From the NCBI GenBank assembly GCA_013265495.1, contig MU057809.1, positions 1,665,062-1,729,061 of the forward strand: a stretch of DNA of 64,000 bases, written 5' to 3'. Both the position numbers and the translations under genes were made by a program. Position 1 is the first letter of the stretch. Each line of letters opens with the position of its first letter. Origin of the DNA: Vicugna vicugna (taxonomy: Eukaryota). This document shows positions 59,204-64,000 of this stretch, one piece after another. The notes under the pieces were generated by a model. The model was not told the DNA's origin and did not search any database. It worked only from the letters and a program-made list of their open reading frames with translations.

Positions 59204-61369
59204 TCCTTTCATTTTAAAACAAACAGTAACGACTAAGAAATAAACTTTTATTTTAAAGACAGGGTTTGAATTCAATGGTCCGTCTCTTGAGCACACTAAT
59301 ATTTGCACATAGCATCAAAAATATGACAGCTCTCCAATCTCCTTCGGTTTCACGGCTTTAAAGGTTGAAAACAAAAAACTCCAAGTGGTCACAGTGAATG
59401 GCAGAAGCGAAGTAACTCAAATTCCGTTTCTTTGTCTTCACAATAACCAAGCTGTTGTTTACTTTGAATCCACTGTTTAAACCCAGGAAGAGGTAGTGCC
59501 ACTGGGCTGGGGGACCTGAACTGCACCCCAAGCGAGCCCCAACAATTTCCGGCCTTGGCGAACTTCCTCTGACGAGGGGGACATGCCGCTGAGTCCCTGA
59601 GTGTTGGGGGCAAACTCTGCAGCCCTCCATGTCGGACACACGTCTATTGGAGGGTGAGTCAGACAAGCGTGCTGGTCTGAAGCCACACCGCTGGAACGCA
59701 GTGGGGATTGCCCAGGACTGAACCAACGAGAGGACCTCGGGGAGGAAGCGTGTGTCCTCACTGGCTGGTGTCACGTCGAGTTGCCAGTGCCCGATGATTA
59801 TAAGAAGCAAGTCGACTCTGAATCAGCTTTATTGTTGTTAACATTCTCCACATACGATGCCCTCCTTATTGCGGTCCCTGGGGGGGACGGCCCCCCAACT
59901 GGCGTTCCAGTCCCGGGACGACCAGGGAATGATTCATCCAGGTGTAAGTTGGAAACAAGACACCACGTGGGTCATGTTTTCTGGAATGCACAAGGCGGGT
60001 GTCAGCCGTCTAGGGGATTTGAAGCATCCTTGCAGGCCCACTCTCTGAGGATCTTTGCTGGCTGTGCTCCAAGGACAGTGGCAGTCCCAGGATGACTCTG
60101 CGCCCTCCAGGGACAGCCCGGGTGTGGCTGTTGCTCTAGTCCTGCCTCAGCTGCAGAGCCTCCCCCTCACGGGGCTCAGGCACCATTGTGAGCGCAGGCT
60201 TGTGGAAGACACTGTGGATGCTGTCAGGTTAGCGCTCCATTTCCAAAGCAGAGTCTTTAAAACACATTTAAATATTTCAAATCGTCCCTAAATTTTTTAG
60301 AATGCATAAATTTGGAACAGTAACAAGATTATAAAAGAAAAAGCCCGTTCCCGGCCAATAGGAGACGTAACTGCCTTATTTGTACGTTTGTCATTTATTT
60401 GCACTTCCCACCTGGATCATCCCTGGAGACTTGATTTCTCATTTCCTGGAGACTCTAAAGACAGAAAGCAGAAGTCGGTGTTAAATAATCTTTACTCTAC
60501 ACCTGTTCCAGCTACCTGCAGACACTAGTCATTTGTCCCTATGCACAAACATCAATCCAGAGAACATGAAATTTTAACTGTCAATAAATATTCCAACATC
60601 CACACACACGGAGCATCTAATTCCAGCATCAAAACGCAGATAGGCGTGAATAGATATCTGGATTTATGACAAAAGGAATCTCATTGGGAAGCCCCTCCTG
60701 GGAAGGTCTGGAGGCTCAGTGTAAAATGTTTGGGACGGCGCCTGCTTCCCTCTGCCCGTTTCCACCAAGTCGCTCCTGTAATCCTGTTTAATTAATAATA
60801 AACATTGCAGGGTTTTTTACCCCCTTCATTTAAATGATGTTTGAAATGAGATGGCTGGATGCTTCTTATAAAAATGCCTTGAAAAATAAACCACGTCAGA
60901 AATGAGTGATTCACCATCACTCAGAGTGCTGGCAGGGGAAATCTCCGGAGGGGAGAACTAAGGTTGCTCCCTGCGGGCGTTTCCGCCCCCGCTGGCCTGG
61001 TGTGCTTTCCTCCTGGGCCGTGCACAAGGCAGCTTCCCCTCGGGGGGCTCCCCTCTGTCATTTCAGGCTCCCTCTCTTCCTTCCCTGGAAGCCTGCCGTG
61101 GCCTTTGGAGGCCAGCCCCGCCCTTATGCCCCAGGACCAGGCAGGGCGTGAAAGGACCCCTGGGTCCCTGGGGCACTTCCCACTGTGCAGGCCAGCCCCA
61201 CCCAGGGGCCAGAGTCAGTGGGGCTCCTAGAAGGCTTCAAATGAGCTGTATTACTCGTGAAATCGTCACAGTTTGGTGGCCTTCCAGGCCAAGGTTCTGA
61301 GCAGAAGCTGCCCGCATCCCAGGGCAGCTGCGCGTCGTCTAGTTTGCTGTTGGGACTGTGAGCGGTGAC

Positions 61370-61740
61370 TCACGGAGCACTTACTAGGTGTGCGCTGAGT
61401 CTTTTCCATGAACGATCTTTCTTGACCTTCGTGACTGCTATGAGTAGCAACCCCGTTTTACAGGTGAGAAAACCGAGGCAGACACAAGCAAGCAGCCAAG
61501 TCAGGAAAGAAACCCAGACGGTGTCTCCAGAGTCCGGACTCAACCCCGCAGCACACCACTGCTATGAACAGCCTCCGCGAGCCTTCTCTGAGCACCGCGG
61601 GCCGCGCGATGTGTTAAGTCCCTCACAAACACTGTCTCCTTTAGTCCTCGTGGGACCCACGGGCATTACCGTCCACTCGTGCCGGCTGAGGAAGCTGAGG
61701 TTCAGTGAAGCCAGTTGTCTAAAGGAGGTCCTAGAGCCAG
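61370..61740 (-). mobile_element. Two MIR fragments
   Basis: ccccgttttacaggtgagaaaaccgaggcag and ctgaggaagctgaggttcagtgaag. Confidence 0.6.
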
Positions 61741-63832
61741 CACGTGGACCCAGGCCCCGGCAACACCATCGCTCACACTCAGAGTGCTTATGCATCTGTG
61801 GTACTGGGTTTTACTGAATTGGTAGGTGGGGTGGTGGGGACGGCAGTCCTGGTGCTGAGGCTTCTGGAGACTGGAGGAGGCAGACCCTCCAGTTTCAGGT
61901 CCCTTCAGTCTGGTTCCCACTTTGGTTTTGTAGCTTGGCTGCGTTTTCATACCTCCAACAGAGAGAGCCCAAGGATGGCATGGTGACAACAACCATGTGA
62001 ACGTCCCCTCCCCTCCCCGACCTGTCAGATTGTTTAGAGTAAGGAAGAAAAGTTGGACACTCGTCAATGCTGGAGAGAATGTGAGGGGAAAGCAAGTCTC
62101 CTGCCCTGTTGGTGGAGCTCACATCCATCCGGCCTTCCTGGAGAGCCACGTGGCAGCTCCCAGCAAGGCCAAAAATGCACGTGATCAGGCGCCGAATTCC
62201 CACGGGTGCCCGCACACCAGGGGGCGTGGAAAGAGAAACACTGCAAAAGAGATACAGCTCAGAAGTCCATCAACAGGAGAAAGACGACTAAGCCCGGTGC
62301 GTTCACTGGGTAGACTCCCATAAGCAAGTGTAACAAACAAACAAGGTGTATATAGAGCAACACGGGTAGTTAACAACAACGTAACAGTGAGTGACAGAAC
62401 GCAAGTCCTAGGAACCCGAAAGCAGCCCGCACAGCGTTACAGAACGTTCACGGATGCGCGACAGGAGGGCAGAAGCGCCCAGGACCCACCGTCCAGCAGA
62501 GGCGGGGGAGAGGGGAGCCCCTGCCTGTAGGATCAGAAGGGACTGAACTTGATCTGTGATGTTTCCTTCACTGTATATTTCAAAAAACACCCCAAGGACA
62601 GAAAATGGCATTTGTTAATTTGGGGCGGTGGGCACCTGGGAATCTGCCCTATCAGCTCTGCGCTTTTCCATGTTTTAAACATTTTGAAAAAATTAAAACC
62701 ACGTAGAAACAACATACTGAATTTATACGATCCTCTTCAGTTAAGAGCAAGTTGTTTTTAGCCGGTCTGGTAGCAGAAGGAGACAGAACACTCTCCTAAA
62801 ATGAATGAATTTCTTGCCAACGTTTCTTGCCTCCAACTCCTGAACCCCGGCCTTTAGAGTTGCATCCAGGAGACCTTTAAAAAAAAATCTGGACCTTGTA
62901 GGCAATATTGATCTACATATACCCAGCGACACAGATGGGGAAGAGAGGGCACCAAGCAAATCGATCGATAATGCATTTCTTCGGTGCCTCACCTTTGATC
63001 ATATGTGCTGATTGAGGGGCTTGTCACTGACTCTTAAAAGCAGTGTTAAATATTAATTATGAGTCATATGGCTTGGTCCCAGGGGGGCCACGCTCTCCCA
63101 CCGCCGGGGGCTGCTGCAGCACCCCCCACCCCGCTCTGCAACCTGGAAACGTGGGCAGATTTAGATTAGAAATCGCCACGATTTGCTCGCTCTCTGAGCC
63201 TAACCGTGGACAGGACGATTACGGAAACAGAATTCATTGTTCGAACAGGCTGAGCTCATAACATTAGTGTGGATTTTAAAACATCATTTCTTGGCTAGGA
63301 ATTAAAAATAGCTCGTTCTCTCCCCCGCCGAACCCCACCTCCTCTCTCTCTTGCCGGATTTAGACTCTGAGAAACCTTGATGGGTCACCTCCTCGTTAGC
63401 ATTCCTGTAGTGCCTCCTCTTCTCAACATGCCTGAGAAGCATTTCCTTTAAATACCAGTTCTTCGCGACATTCGTGCGCCCAAGCTCCGAGCTATTAGCT
63501 TAATTTTAAAAGCAGGAGATGGAAGCAGGGAGGCAAGGGACCTACCCCAGGGTCCTAAGAAGACTGATTTGGTGATTCCACCAAAACTCAGGACTGTGCC
63601 CCCACACGTGAGCGCACAAGGAGAGAGGACTCGGTTCCTTCGCCTCGCAGGCCCCCTGTCATCTGTCCTCAGTGGGCTCCCTGCCACCTCAGAATTGAAG
63701 ACATTCAAAGTCTTGAAGGCACCTTTTTTTATAGACACGGGAACCAAGGCCTTGGAAGGTGCCCGGCCGGGAGAATGCAGGCCTCCCAGTGCCCGTCTGC
63801 GGTTCCTGCCAAGCTCTCAGCTGCCTTCCTTT

Positions 63833-64000
63833 TGGCATGCGTTGAATTGTGTCCCCCCCTCCCCAGAGTTCACGTCCACCCAGAACCTTGGAATGTGAGC
63901 TTATTTGGAAATAAGCTCTTTGCAGACGTGAGCATTTAAGTTGAGGTGCAGTCACACTGGGTTAGGGGTTGGCCCTAAATCTAATGACAGGGGTCCCTAC
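63833..64000 (+). mobile_element. MLT1 LTR start, cut by window end
   Basis: gttgaattgtgtcccccc...gaatgtgagcttatttggaaataagctctttgcagacgt...ggccctaaatctaatgac. Confidence 0.85.

Overview
Mammalian non-coding DNA (intergenic or deep intronic), most likely camelid, judged from Vic-1-like tRNA-derived SINEs, camelid-type L1 3' ends and a Tigger1 deletion derivative. I find no credible protein-coding exon: the ORF track is explained by L1 ORF2 remnants, simple repeats and GC-rich stop-poor sequence. Much of the window is transposable elements (L1, L2, MIR, MLT1/MLT2/MER21, ERV1 and ERV2 solo LTRs, Tigger1, MER33/MER53/MER58). Family names come from my recall of consensus sequences, not a database search. 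The strongest signal is a set of short zones where recognisable AT-rich transposon fossils have been rewritten almost entirely by A/T->G/C substitutions (A->G and T->C on the same strand), producing CpG-island-like sequence out of L1, L2, MER33 and MLT1 DNA (main peaks ~40.25-40.74 kb and ~32.56-33.40 kb; also ~12.7, ~50.3, ~53-55 and ~58.5 kb). This is the expected footprint of intense, local and partly recent GC-biased gene conversion. Other notable items are a 39-bp tailless retrocopy of the 5' half of tRNA-Arg(ACG) with a perfect 16-bp TSD, a betaretrovirus-type solo LTR with a perfect 6-bp TSD, two MER41-like solo LTRs differing at a GAS motif, a recent 120/131-bp tandem duplication and several enhancer-like motif clusters.
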